From IMG/VR virus record IMGVR_UViG_3300033153_006956, positions 1-53,997 of that record: a stretch of 53,997 bases of DNA. One strand, written 5' to 3'. The position numbers were made by a program, and so were the translations under genes. Every line of letters begins with the position of its first letter. The stretch's first letter is position 1. Shown one piece after another: positions 46,355 through 53,997 of this stretch. Below the pieces are notes generated by a model. The model made no database searches. It saw only the letters and a list, made by a program, of their open reading frames with translations, and was not told the origin of the DNA. Origin of the DNA: a virus (taxonomy: Duplodnaviria > Caudoviricetes).

Positions 46355-49300
46355 TTACCTCGTTATAATATTAGGCTTATTTCTTGTTTTATATTTACCC
46401 TCATTTTGGGGGGAATAGAAATTAGCAAGAAGATTCCGCATTTCTTCAGCAGTTAAATCTGACGGATTGACTCCACTCAACAATGGCAGACCAGGGGCTA
46501 TTGGTTCACCAGATTTTATTTGTTGGGAGAGGGTTTTTTTTGCAGGGGCTTTGGCCGACTCACGCCCACGAGTATGAACAAGGAAGATGCTCATAGCAAC
46601 AGTATCAATAGCATCATCATATCGAAGAAGGGCTAGGTCTCTTGTAAAATTTTCAGTTTGTTCATAGAGGGCGGAGAAAGGCCACTCATTAACACGATGG
46701 TGTGGATACTTGATTTTACCGGCGTTGAATCTCCATTCCAAACCAGCAATGCGGTCACCCTTTGACATTCTGGCCGGATAGCGAATGGGGATAACGCGGG
46801 GAACCCAAATGCTAGATTCCCCCCCGCTAGCTCCTAGTTTTCTGGTAAACTCATTTACATACTCTCCCATTGAATCAACGAGATTCCCCTGTGTCCCACA
46901 GGCCTCAATACCGATAGCCCTCACCAGCCACTTTTGTCCCATCTCATATATTTTACGGTAGAAGACCGAATCTTTTACCTTGCCCAACCATAAGTCTAGT
47001 ACCCACAAACAGTTGTTGTGGTCAAAGCCGAGGATGGCTATGGAGCGATAATCGTTCTTTGCCTCAAGCCCACTGGCTGTATCCACTAGAGCCACCCTAT
47101 ACATAGACCCGAAAACTTTGTGGATTTGTCCCTGCTTTTTTTCTGTCTCGAAATCGGGAGCTTCTCCTGGATTACCCACACGTTTTCGTTCATTCCAGAA
47201 TACCTCTTTGGTGGAGGAAAGAAGATGAGCTTGCTCCTGTGGTTCCATCGTCCGATAGTCGGGGATGATGTATTCGTTGAAGTCTGGGTCAATTTGGAGA
47301 AGTTTGGTTTCGTCCGTGAGTGGGCGATTCAAATACTCACTGGAATACGCTGAAGTTCCAATCTCCATCTCCCGTGCACGCAAGAACTCAAGCGGCCAAG
47401 CTGCGTCCCAGAGAGCTTTGGTGCGGGTGGTGTCCTCAGCAACATAAACACGCCGCATCCATACCCCAAATCGAGGGTCATCACCCTCGCAGGCCCGATA
47501 CAGGAGACACCGGCGGTTTATCATAGTCCCAATCCAAAAAATTGCCGAGCCTTTGGCAAGCATTGGGATAATCTGTCGAAATAGAATCTGCTCATACTTC
47601 TCAGTGATAAGATATTGGGAATTAGAGGAACCACCAGTTGCCTCGGAGTCAAATTCAGGGTCGTCAAGTATAAAAAGTCGTGGCCGAGCACCACGTTTGC
47701 GGCCCATTACACTGAATCCCTCTATAACTGAACCATTCGCCAGATGGAGATGGTGGTGATTCCAGATGGCAGTTCCCCTTAGCGGTTTTATTACCCCGAA
47801 ATCAGCGGTTATTTGGGGATTCTCGGTAAGTTCTATCATCAATCTGTCAAACCGCCCCTCTATAAGGCGGTCTGTGGACATACCCATCGCAATACTGAAG
47901 TATGGGCGGGTGAGGGCCAACAGCAATGGGGCTTCCACACCTATCACAGTAGAGTTATGAACAAATATTCCCTCACAAAGAAAATTGGCGTTATCTTCCA
48001 CTTGAATATCATAAGCATCATCAGCTCCCCCATCTTCTATTGAGATAACTGGGTCCCAGTAAATATCCGATGTGGCGAGATTCATCAAGTCTTGACGGCC
48101 AGTTATTTCTGCAACTTTTTTTAGTTTTAGTCGGGTTATTCGATAATGATTATCAATTCGTATACCATATTTCTGCCGGAATTTCCACATCGAGAGAGGA
48201 AGTCTTTGTTTTTCTTCAAATGGAAAATAGATATTGTCAGTCGCATCGTGTCCAATTTCAATATTGTCAAGCAAAATCATTTTTCGCTTGATGCGAAAAC
48301 CTACCAAATCTCGAAACTTCAATCGTGCCTCTGCTGAAGAAATATGAAGTCCCCATGAATCAAACTCTTTATCATATTTAGAGTATTTCGCTTTCCTATA
48401 TGTATATCGGGAACGTATCCCCAACCTGAGAAGAGCCAGTTGTACATCTCGAATTAAATCTTTATTGGCCAGGGTAAGTGAGATTGACCCATTTTGTTTG
48501 CTGACTGTACCATCTGTATCAAAAAGGCCGCGAAGAAAAGCTGCAAGACATTCATCAGATGCTTCCCAAACAGCCTGTGGGATACGTTTTTCTGTTGATT
48601 TATGGCCAAATAATCCATGTTTTTTGATAAAATCTATTCCCCCATTGGTTATACTCCATCTTCCTTTTGCCTTGGTTTTACGTAACTGCCAATCTGGATG
48701 ATGCTTTACAGCCTTCAAGACAGTTTGAATAATCTCTTTATCGAATGTCGTAATCTGGCAACAACTGGTGGTGCTGCCGTCACCTGTTAATATCCCTAAC
48801 AACTCCGAGTCTAATATAGTCAATTTTCCTCTAGCCTGTGTGGGTAATGATGTTCGAGGAGTTGCGATTAAATCACCAATTTTTAAATCCCCCCCTGCTA
48901 TCCAAGTGTTATTAGTTAAGATACGGTGTTCTTTTGAGCAGAATACTCTATGGCCTTGTTTGGTTGTAATTTTGAGAAAAGATTTTTTACCAGAATACTC
49001 TACAGCTATTACTTTCTTCCAGGAAAGTTTAAGAGAAGAATCAAGGCTTAAAATCTTTTCTCCTTTTTTGATATTTTTTAATTTTTTGTATCCCGATAAA
49101 GTGGAGATTAAAGAGTCCCATCGCCCACATTTGGCGAAACCTCGTGGGGCAGCTTGTGCATTACGGCTCCACTGCCCCAAATCCCGTATGAGCTGGTAAT
49201 GAAAGTCAGGACTTTTCTTAAACCCGCTCTGATAGAAGGCTTCTCCTCTTGGGCGGAGATAGAGATTACGGAATAACACCCACGCATTTACCAAGTCTTC

Positions 49301-49408
49301 CGGAGTGTCCTGCTTGCGAAGTGTGGATAGACGGGCCTCCTTCTGCCCCTCTACAGTAAGAGTCGGATAATCCTCTGGAAGAGGATAATATGGATTGGTT
49401 TCGTTCAT
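46355..49408 (-). CDS. terL: Terminase large subunit containing an intein
   Basis: APRGFAK|ST Walker A split by the intein, RG.RP..FILDDPE Walker B, WIGT, SEYLN.P, VD.A, DDAID nuclease motifs. Confidence 0.92.
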   Translation of the reverse strand: MNETNPYYPLPEDYPTLTVEGQKEARLSTLRKQDTPEDLVNAWVLFRNLYLRPRGEAFYQSGFKKSPDFHYQLIRDLGQWSRNAQAAPRGFAKCGRWDSLISTLSGYKKLKNIKKGEKILSLDSSLKLSWKKVIAVEYSGKKSFLKITTKQGHRVFCSKEHRILTNNTWIAGGDLKIGDLIATPRTSLPTQARGKLTILDSELLGILTGDGSTTSCCQITTFDKEIIQTVLKAVKHHPDWQLRKTKAKGRWSITNGGIDFIKKHGLFGHKSTEKRIPQAVWEASDECLAAFLRGLFDTDGTVSKQNGSISLTLANKDLIRDVQLALLRLGIRSRYTYRKAKYSKYDKEFDSWGLHISSAEARLKFRDLVGFRIKRKMILLDNIEIGHDATDNIYFPFEEKQRLPLSMWKFRQKYGIRIDNHYRITRLKLKKVAEITGRQDLMNLATSDIYWDPVISIEDGGADDAYDIQVEDNANFLCEGIFVHNSTVIGVEAPLLLALTRPYFSIAMGMSTDRLIEGRFDRLMIELTENPQITADFGVIKPLRGTAIWNHHHLHLANGSVIEGFSVMGRKRGARPRLFILDDPEFDSEATGGSSNSQYLITEKYEQILFRQIIPMLAKGSAIFWIGTMINRRCLLYRACEGDDPRFGVWMRRVYVAEDTTRTKALWDAAWPLEFLRAREMEIGTSAYSSEYLNRPLTDETKLLQIDPDFNEYIIPDYRTMEPQEQAHLLSSTKEVFWNERKRVGNPGEAPDFETEKKQGQIHKVFGSMYRVALVDTASGLEAKNDYRSIAILGFDHNNCLWVLDLWLGKVKDSVFYRKIYEMGQKWLVRAIGIEACGTQGNLVDSMGEYVNEFTRKLGASGGESSIWVPRVIPIRYPARMSKGDRIAGLEWRFNAGKIKYPHHRVNEWPFSALYEQTENFTRDLALLRYDDAIDTVAMSIFLVHTRGRESAKAPAKKTLSQQIKSGEPIAPGLPLLSGVNPSDLTAEEMRNLLANFYSPQNEGKYKTRNKPNIITR
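47954..49129 (-). mobile_element. Intein (392 aa) with LAGLIDADG homing endonuclease
   Basis: Starts with Cys (CGRWDS), block B SKEHRI, LLGILTGDG and FLRGLFDTDG, ends VHN followed by Ser. Confidence 0.92.
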
Positions 49409-49634
49409 TTCTTAATCCTGGGAGCTTTAGCTTTTCTAATCGCAGGACCCATCTCTTTTTGTTATATTTTTTTGTGTGCCCCCGATATTGTTTGGGATTT
49501 TGTCTCTTATATTTACTTGTATATGCAAGATGACATTTCTTACATCTATAGAGGTAACGCCCCCGACGCAGATAAAAATCATCTGGGGGTAATAACTTTC
49601 CACAAGTTTTACATAGTTTATTTTTTTAACTCAT
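49409..49634 (-). pseudogene. Zinc-finger (HNH-associated) gene with an in-frame stop at codon 3
   Basis: ATG AGT TAA then KNKLCKTCGKLLPPDDFY...RCKKC; could also be a sequencing error. Confidence 0.5.
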
Positions 49635-49643
49635 CTTCTTTTT

Positions 49644-49946
49644 TTACATAGTGTCGGCTAGTTCTGCAAGAATATCCCCATGACAATCCAAAGGAGCACA
49701 ATAGCAGCCAAGAATTTTACCCCTTAGTTCACTTATATGTTCAATCACCCACCTGTTGTTTACCCCATTTATACGAATCTCATTACCTTTTTTTAACCAA
49801 GCCCATAACCACTGTTGATGCTTGTCGATTGCCTGGGGTCTGGTGGTGTGTGAGTTAATTCTAAAGGGGTTTCCCCAGGGGCTACCACGACCGATATACA
49901 CATCGTATGGGTCTACTTTACAATTAACTACAGTTGTTGTTTTCAT
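49644..49946 (-). CDS. DUF4326 family protein
   Basis: DVYIGRGSPWGNPF...LRGKILGCYCAPLDCHGD. Confidence 0.88.
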   Translation of the reverse strand: MKTTTVVNCKVDPYDVYIGRGSPWGNPFRINSHTTRPQAIDKHQQWLWAWLKKGNEIRINGVNNRWVIEHISELRGKILGCYCAPLDCHGDILAELADTM

Positions 49947-50590
49947 TTGGAATCCTCTAGAACTATGGGGAGTATTTTAATTATATTGAAGAGGGAAAGG
50001 ACAGAGGCTATACGGGCAGCCCACTCGAAGTTAGTAATGTCGTCTCCCATCATTATCACAATAGACGGCCATATCTCATCGATGAAGTTCTCGGTTTGTA
50101 CCTGCTCCCATACCAGACTAGCAACGTCAAGACTGGAGGGAATCTTCCAGCGAGTGGGGACTGGGATAGGAGGATAACCACCTGCGAAGAGGGCACGAAA
50201 CTGAACAACAACAGCAGGGAGACCCCATCTAGTGTTGAGAAATTCCTTAAAGCGAATCAACCGTTTTTCATCCTCAGATTTCTCTTGTAGGGGAATACCA
50301 AGAAAATTAGGTTTATCAGTAACCAGAGGTGTGGGTTCTGGTCTACCATCCTGGACTTCTGGTTCAGGCTCGGGGTATTGTTTAGATATAACTTCAGCTT
50401 CGGGGATAAGTTCAATATTAGGTTTAGATGAAGTCTCCGACTCCTGTATCATTTTCTCCTGACGTTGAAATTCCGTTAAAGTGTCCATTGTCTGCTTCTG
50501 CTCCTGTTGGTGGTTTGGAGATGTGGAGGCTACTTTTTCGTTCCCCCTCCCCGTTTTTGGTTGATTCACTCTTTGAGTTTTCATCTTCAT
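49943..50590 (-). CDS. Hypothetical protein
   Basis: ORF track; start uncertain because of overlap with the upstream ORF. Confidence 0.55.
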   Translation of the reverse strand: MKMKTQRVNQPKTGRGNEKVASTSPNHQQEQKQTMDTLTEFQRQEKMIQESETSSKPNIELIPEAEVISKQYPEPEPEVQDGRPEPTPLVTDKPNFLGIPLQEKSEDEKRLIRFKEFLNTRWGLPAVVVQFRALFAGGYPPIPVPTRWKIPSSLDVASLVWEQVQTENFIDEIWPSIVIMMGDDITNFEWAARIASVLSLFNIIKILPIVLEDSK

Positions 50591-50990
50591 TTTCCTTTTT
50601 TATTATGTCTGTTGATAATTCAGCCGGAGTTGTTTGCTCCTTCTGTCCTCTTAACACCGATTCAACAATATGCCCTGAAAATTTGTATTCCCCCCCGTCT
50701 TCTCCTACGAATTTTTTGGTGGCTATCATCATCATACCTGACCTCTCCATAGCGTCCACTACCAGCTGGTTGAGGTATTTGATGGTGGCAAGACGGGTGG
50801 AATCTTTGACCTTCTTCCCCTCGTCTTTAGCTATGGCCACGAGATGCTGGATAGATTCCTCAATAGTCCACCCCTCGTTGGCAAGAGAGGCCAGAATAGT
50901 GCCTGGGTCAGTAAAGCTGGCCAGCTGCTTGAGTTGTTTCTTGGTTAGTTTCTTGCGGGGAGTTTTAATTGCAATCTCGTTTTTCGCCAT
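50424..50990 (-). CDS. Terminase small subunit candidate
   Basis: Helical LVAIA...DSTRL.TIKYL pattern, upstream of TerL. Confidence 0.4.
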   Translation of the reverse strand: MAKNEIAIKTPRKKLTKKQLKQLASFTDPGTILASLANEGWTIEESIQHLVAIAKDEGKKVKDSTRLATIKYLNQLVVDAMERSGMMMIATKKFVGEDGGEYKFSGHIVESVLRGQKEQTTPAELSTDIIKKENEDENSKSESTKNGEGERKSSLHISKPPTGAEADNGHFNGISTSGENDTGVGDFI

Positions 50991-51430
50991 TAGTATATAC
51001 CTCCAACTTCGGGGGGGCTAGGGACGGGAAATGATTTCTCCTGTGCTTTACGGAAGCGGTCTATTTCATCCAGGTCAGGTTGTGAACAAATTTGACGATG
51101 GGTCTTTTTGTGTTCTCTCTTGAATTTCTTGTTATAAGCATTGCGGCAGTATTTACACTCATTCTGTAGCCCATCTTTCGTTTTTGGATGGTCAGTGAAG
51201 TAGGGGGGTGTTCCTGGATATATCTTGCCACATTTTCTACACCGCTTAAAACATTCAGGAAACTCAGAGTTTACACGGGCTATAATCCCCTGGGCGAGAG
51301 TGAGGGTTGAGATGTCGTCCTCACTAAAACTCAGGTCACAGAAGTTATCCCCGCCCAGTTCTTTGAGTGTCTCAATCCAGGCAATCAGATTATCGATTCT
51401 GTTTATGGTATTCGACATTTTTTTCGCCAC
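50990..51430 (-). CDS. Protein with an HNH-associated CxxC...CxxC zinc finger
   Basis: KRCRKCG...F...KDGLQNECKYC. Confidence 0.6.
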   Translation of the reverse strand: MAKKMSNTINRIDNLIAWIETLKELGGDNFCDLSFSEDDISTLTLAQGIIARVNSEFPECFKRCRKCGKIYPGTPPYFTDHPKTKDGLQNECKYCRNAYNKKFKREHKKTHRQICSQPDLDEIDRFRKAQEKSFPVPSPPEVGGIY

Positions 51431-51440
51431 CTTTCTACTT

Positions 51441-51470
51441 TATATACGTCCCCCCTGCAAATTTGTTCGG
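51441..51470 (-). promoter_or_regulatory. Promoter CCGAACAAA-...-CGTATATA upstream of the packaging genes
   Basis: Member of the conserved promoter family; its spacer contains a CCCCTGCA motif. Confidence 0.55.
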
Positions 51471-51684
51471 AAAAAACCGGAGAAATTCAAAAATATGTTA
51501 AAAATTTTTAACATCCAGTTCTCTGGACTTTTTAACCTAGGGTAGTATAACTTTTTTAACATAATATAGGTATAATTCTAAATAAAAAAAACGGGAAGTA
51601 ACTATTTTTAACATCGGCGTTTTTAGTGTGAAAAATGAGGATTTTAAGAGGATGTTAAGCTGGGGTATTTGTGTCATCTGGAGA

Positions 51685-51960
51685 TTATGGGAAATCTGGG
51701 GACTCTGGGGACTCTGGGGACTCTGGGAGTTTGTGGTCTCGGTACCCCATTGCCCGCTCGGTGATGAACTCGAGGCCCCTTTCGTAACCGAGGTCACTGT
51801 GTCGAGCGAAGTAACTAGTGAGGCAGGCGGCGGGTTCTGTCCACATCTCTGGGATGTTCTTGAGTTCGGTGGGGATTACTACCTGAACGGCATAGTCATC
51901 AGTGCCGCCCATTTTGAAAATGAACAACTCCATTACTCCGACTGGGGTTAGTTCTGACAT
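51685..51960 (-). CDS. Hypothetical protein with PES repeats at the C-terminus
   Basis: Likely start 51960 after GAGG; 9-bp TCTGGGGAC tandem repeat. Confidence 0.55.
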   Translation of the reverse strand: MSELTPVGVMELFIFKMGGTDDYAVQVVIPTELKNIPEMWTEPAACLTSYFARHSDLGYERGLEFITERAMGYRDHKLPESPESPESPDFP

Positions 51961-51974
51961 TTTTAGTTCCTCAA

Positions 51975-52045
51975 GGTGACTGGTGTAACTCGAATCCACA
52001 CTCTCAGCATCACAGGCTGATGTGCTGCCATTACACTACAGCCAT
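51975..52045 (-). tRNA. tRNA-His(GTG), non-canonical or degenerate
   Basis: TCAGC-CTGTGAT-GCTGA anticodon arm and TTCGA loop; lacks G-1, with 1:72 and T-stem mismatches. Confidence 0.65.
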
Positions 52046-52047
52046 AA

Positions 52048-52120
52048 TGGAGATAGTAGGAGTCGAACCTACGACAAACTGCTTGCAAAACAGTTGCTCT
52101 CCCGACTGAGCTATATCCCC
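52048..52120 (-). tRNA. tRNA-Ala(TGC)
   Basis: Full cloverleaf GGGGATA...TATCTCCA with G3:U70. Confidence 0.92.
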
Positions 52121-52123
52121 AAA

Positions 52124-52196
52124 TAGCGGGAGTGAGATTTGAACTCACGATTTCTGGCGTATGAGACCAGCGTCTTAACCACTCGACCATCCCGCA
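52124..52196 (-). tRNA. tRNA-Met(CAT), initiator-like acceptor stem
   Basis: Cloverleaf, CTCATAC anticodon loop, unpaired 1:72. Confidence 0.85.
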
Positions 52197-52203
52197 GCTA
52201 TTT

Positions 52204-52233
52204 ATTATACGCTGGGAGCGGCGGTTTGTTCAG
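52204..52233 (-). promoter_or_regulatory. Promoter CTGAACAAA-...-GCGTATAAT driving the tRNA cluster
   Basis: -10 ends 7 nt before tRNA-Met; member of the conserved promoter family. Confidence 0.75.
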
Positions 52234-52871
52234 TAAAAACCCCTGCAAAACGGAATTTTTTTGAAAAATTTTTGTATCCTTATATATAGCGTTTTTAGCG
52301 ATTTCGGGTTTTTTGGCGATTTTGTTAACTGGGTGGAGGTTGGTTTACGAGTCGGTAGGTCGGAAATCGGGAATTTTCACTTGGAAATTAAAACGAGTGT
52401 GGTCTTTGGCCTATATTTTTCGCTCCTCATGGGGGGCCGATGGGCAGTCAAGGGGGGAATTTTATTGTTGACGTTGTGGATTGTGGACGTTTTGTATAGG
52501 ATAGAATTGTTCAGGCAGTCTCGATTTTCGCGGAACGCATATACCGGAAAGCCCCCAGGCCGGCTGAAAAAAGATTAAAGTATTGTTCGCTGCCAAGACG
52601 ACACATTTGTTATGGTTTGAGTAACGAAACGAATCGGGTTTTATTAGGGATTAGAATTATGGAAACACCAAAAAACTATCAAAATGAAGTGAGATCCTCT
52701 AGCACATTCGATTATCTCTGGATTTTAACCATCCTAACAGAGCTTTGCATTGAGCATAAAATCACCATCGCCGAATATGACGCCCTGTACAATAACCTGC
52801 TCGATAATACTACGCCCTGCTAATATCTAACTGCCACGCCCGCAATCCCTTAGACACTATTTGCAGGGGCC

Positions 52872-52904
52872 AAAAAAAAAGACCGAACCTTTTACAGTCC
52901 GGTC
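52872..52904 (-). terminator. Intrinsic terminator
   Basis: AGACCGGAC/GTTCGGTCT stem followed by a long T tract on the minus strand. Confidence 0.7.
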
Positions 52905-53057
52905 TAATGATATTTGGTATGCTTTTGAAATGTTTTACCTTGCACTAAAAACAAGGCTCGTATATGCTGCATTTGCTGTACTTTGCGGTCGGTCTTTTGA
53001 GCCTTGTAGTCAATCCTATAGCCCTGTTCACTTTCCGTTTGACTGGTACAGCCAACC

Positions 53058-53312
53058 TTATTCGTTTTTTGCTGCTTTAATTTGCTGCTGATGTTCAAGG
53101 GCGTTTTTGTCAGTCGCCCTAACATAGGCATTGACCGAAAAAATCACGTTGTTATCCGTCTTTTTGTGTGGGTTCTCGATTGTGATTTCCGCCGGTATAT
53201 TACCGTGAGTCGAACATACCATCCTACTTTTGCCACTCGCACTCAATGGCAGTAATTTGTTAATGGGGGCGGTTATCACGAGATTATCATTCTTTTTTTC
53301 TACTGTAATCAT
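53058..53312 (-). CDS. Small phage protein (SASGKSRMVCSTHGN family)
   Basis: Recurrent S.SGKS..V.ST.GN motif; AAGGAG RBS. Confidence 0.7.
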   Translation of the reverse strand: MITVEKKNDNLVITAPINKLLPLSASGKSRMVCSTHGNIPAEITIENPHKKTDNNVIFSVNAYVRATDKNALEHQQQIKAAKNE

Positions 53313-53353
53313 TTTTTTGCTCCTTATCTAATTTACTCTTAATGTTTATTGGT

Positions 53354-53560
53354 TTAACTATCAACGTCAAATCCGTTTGCCTCTTCACCGTCAAGTTTAG
53401 CGTCACACAGTTTTTTTTGGATTTGCCCTAAAGTCATTGAAGCTACTAATTGACTATCAATAAACCCAAACGTCTCAATCAATGCATCGGCTAACTTGTC
53501 GGCACGTTCAAACATACTCGTCCCGTCTTCAGTTTTTGGTTTTTCCTTTGCCATAATCAA
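53354..53560 (-). CDS. Hypothetical protein
   Basis: ORF track, coupled. Confidence 0.55.
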   Translation of the reverse strand: MIMAKEKPKTEDGTSMFERADKLADALIETFGFIDSQLVASMTLGQIQKKLCDAKLDGEEANGFDVDS

Positions 53561-53772
53561 TCGTCCTTACTACTGACGTCTAACATAAAAACGTCCCTAC
53601 AGCTGGTATCCTTTGCACTACCAAAACCGGAATATCCCCTTTGCTGGTTTTTCAAGATACTAGAGGATACTCTATATCCTTGTTGCCGCAATTCTTTTGC
53701 CCGTTTGTTTTTTGCTGCGATACATTCGGACCGTAGGTTATAATCGTCAGTATCGAAAAACTCTTGTTTCAT
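53557..53772 (-). CDS. Hypothetical protein
   Basis: ORF track, coupled. Confidence 0.55.
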   Translation of the reverse strand: MKQEFFDTDDYNLRSECIAAKNKRAKELRQQGYRVSSSILKNQQRGYSGFGSAKDTSCRDVFMLDVSSKDD

Positions 53773-53997
53773 GATTGTATCCTTTTTGTTGTTTTTCTCT
53801 CGGGTTTTTGGCTTTCGACCTCAGCCAAAACCGCCAGGTAGAAGCATTTTTCAATCGGCAAATTATACTCTATTGATTGTCCGTTTAACCGTAAACCAAT
53901 CAGTTTAGGTTTTATGATTACTACAATCGGCCTATATTTGCCAACTTCAAACATTTCTGCTTCTGTTTCCCGTGTTACGTTTTCTTTGGTTCTTGTC
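53656..53997. repeat. Terminal direct repeat, right copy
   Basis: Matches 1-342. Confidence 0.95.

Larger units (their letters stand above)
1..53997 (-). mobile_element. Complete or near-complete tailed phage genome (podovirus-like gene set, no integrase recognised)
   Basis: TerL-portal-scaffold-capsid-tail-internal protein order, a replication module, unidirectional genes and a terminal 342-bp overlap. Confidence 0.93.

Noticed and set aside
20151-50752. Numerous plus-strand ORFs in the ORF track
   Set aside because: They are antisense to well-supported, tightly coupled minus-strand genes and lack motifs.
51963-52190. 75-aa minus-strand ORF
   Set aside because: It overlaps the three tRNA genes entirely.
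52261-53131. Plus-strand ORFs (including 52617-52823) and a possible replication origin
   Set aside because: No RBS, motif or iteron pattern strong enough to support a call; 52617-52823 may be real but cannot be supported here.

Overview
This window is an apparently complete genome (about 53.7 kb) of a tailed dsDNA phage with podovirus-like organisation. The first and last 342 bp are near-identical (16 mismatches by eye), which suggests a circular or terminally redundant assembly. Essentially all genes are on the minus strand. In transcription order (right to left) it carries: small ORFs and three tRNAs (Met, Ala, His); a TerS candidate; TerL with a LAGLIDADG intein in its Walker A; portal, scaffold and major capsid; duplicated beta-helix and LamG virion proteins, tail fibres, tail tube/nozzle and internal ejection-type proteins; a UDG-family-4/PolA fusion, HNH, ERCC4-like and Cas4/RecB-like nucleases; holin/spanin-like genes; a Sak4-like ATPase, an SSB-like protein and an MCM-like helicase; and nucleotide-metabolism and methyltransferase genes. 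No integrase, primase or endolysin was recognised. Two signals stand out. (1) A compact four-gene ubiquitin-like conjugation operon (Ubl, E2-like protein fused to a Cys-rich zinc-finger array, JAB/JAMM peptidase, ThiF/E1; 2001-5266) lies in a roughly 5.1 kb block bounded by a 24-bp direct repeat. (2) The octamer CCCCTGCA/TGCAGGGG occurs at least 33 times (about 1.6 expected for a random 8-mer) and forms 12 inverted clusters spaced 2-5 kb apart around the whole genome, independent of reading frame. All calls rest on motif recognition by eye; no database searches were run.
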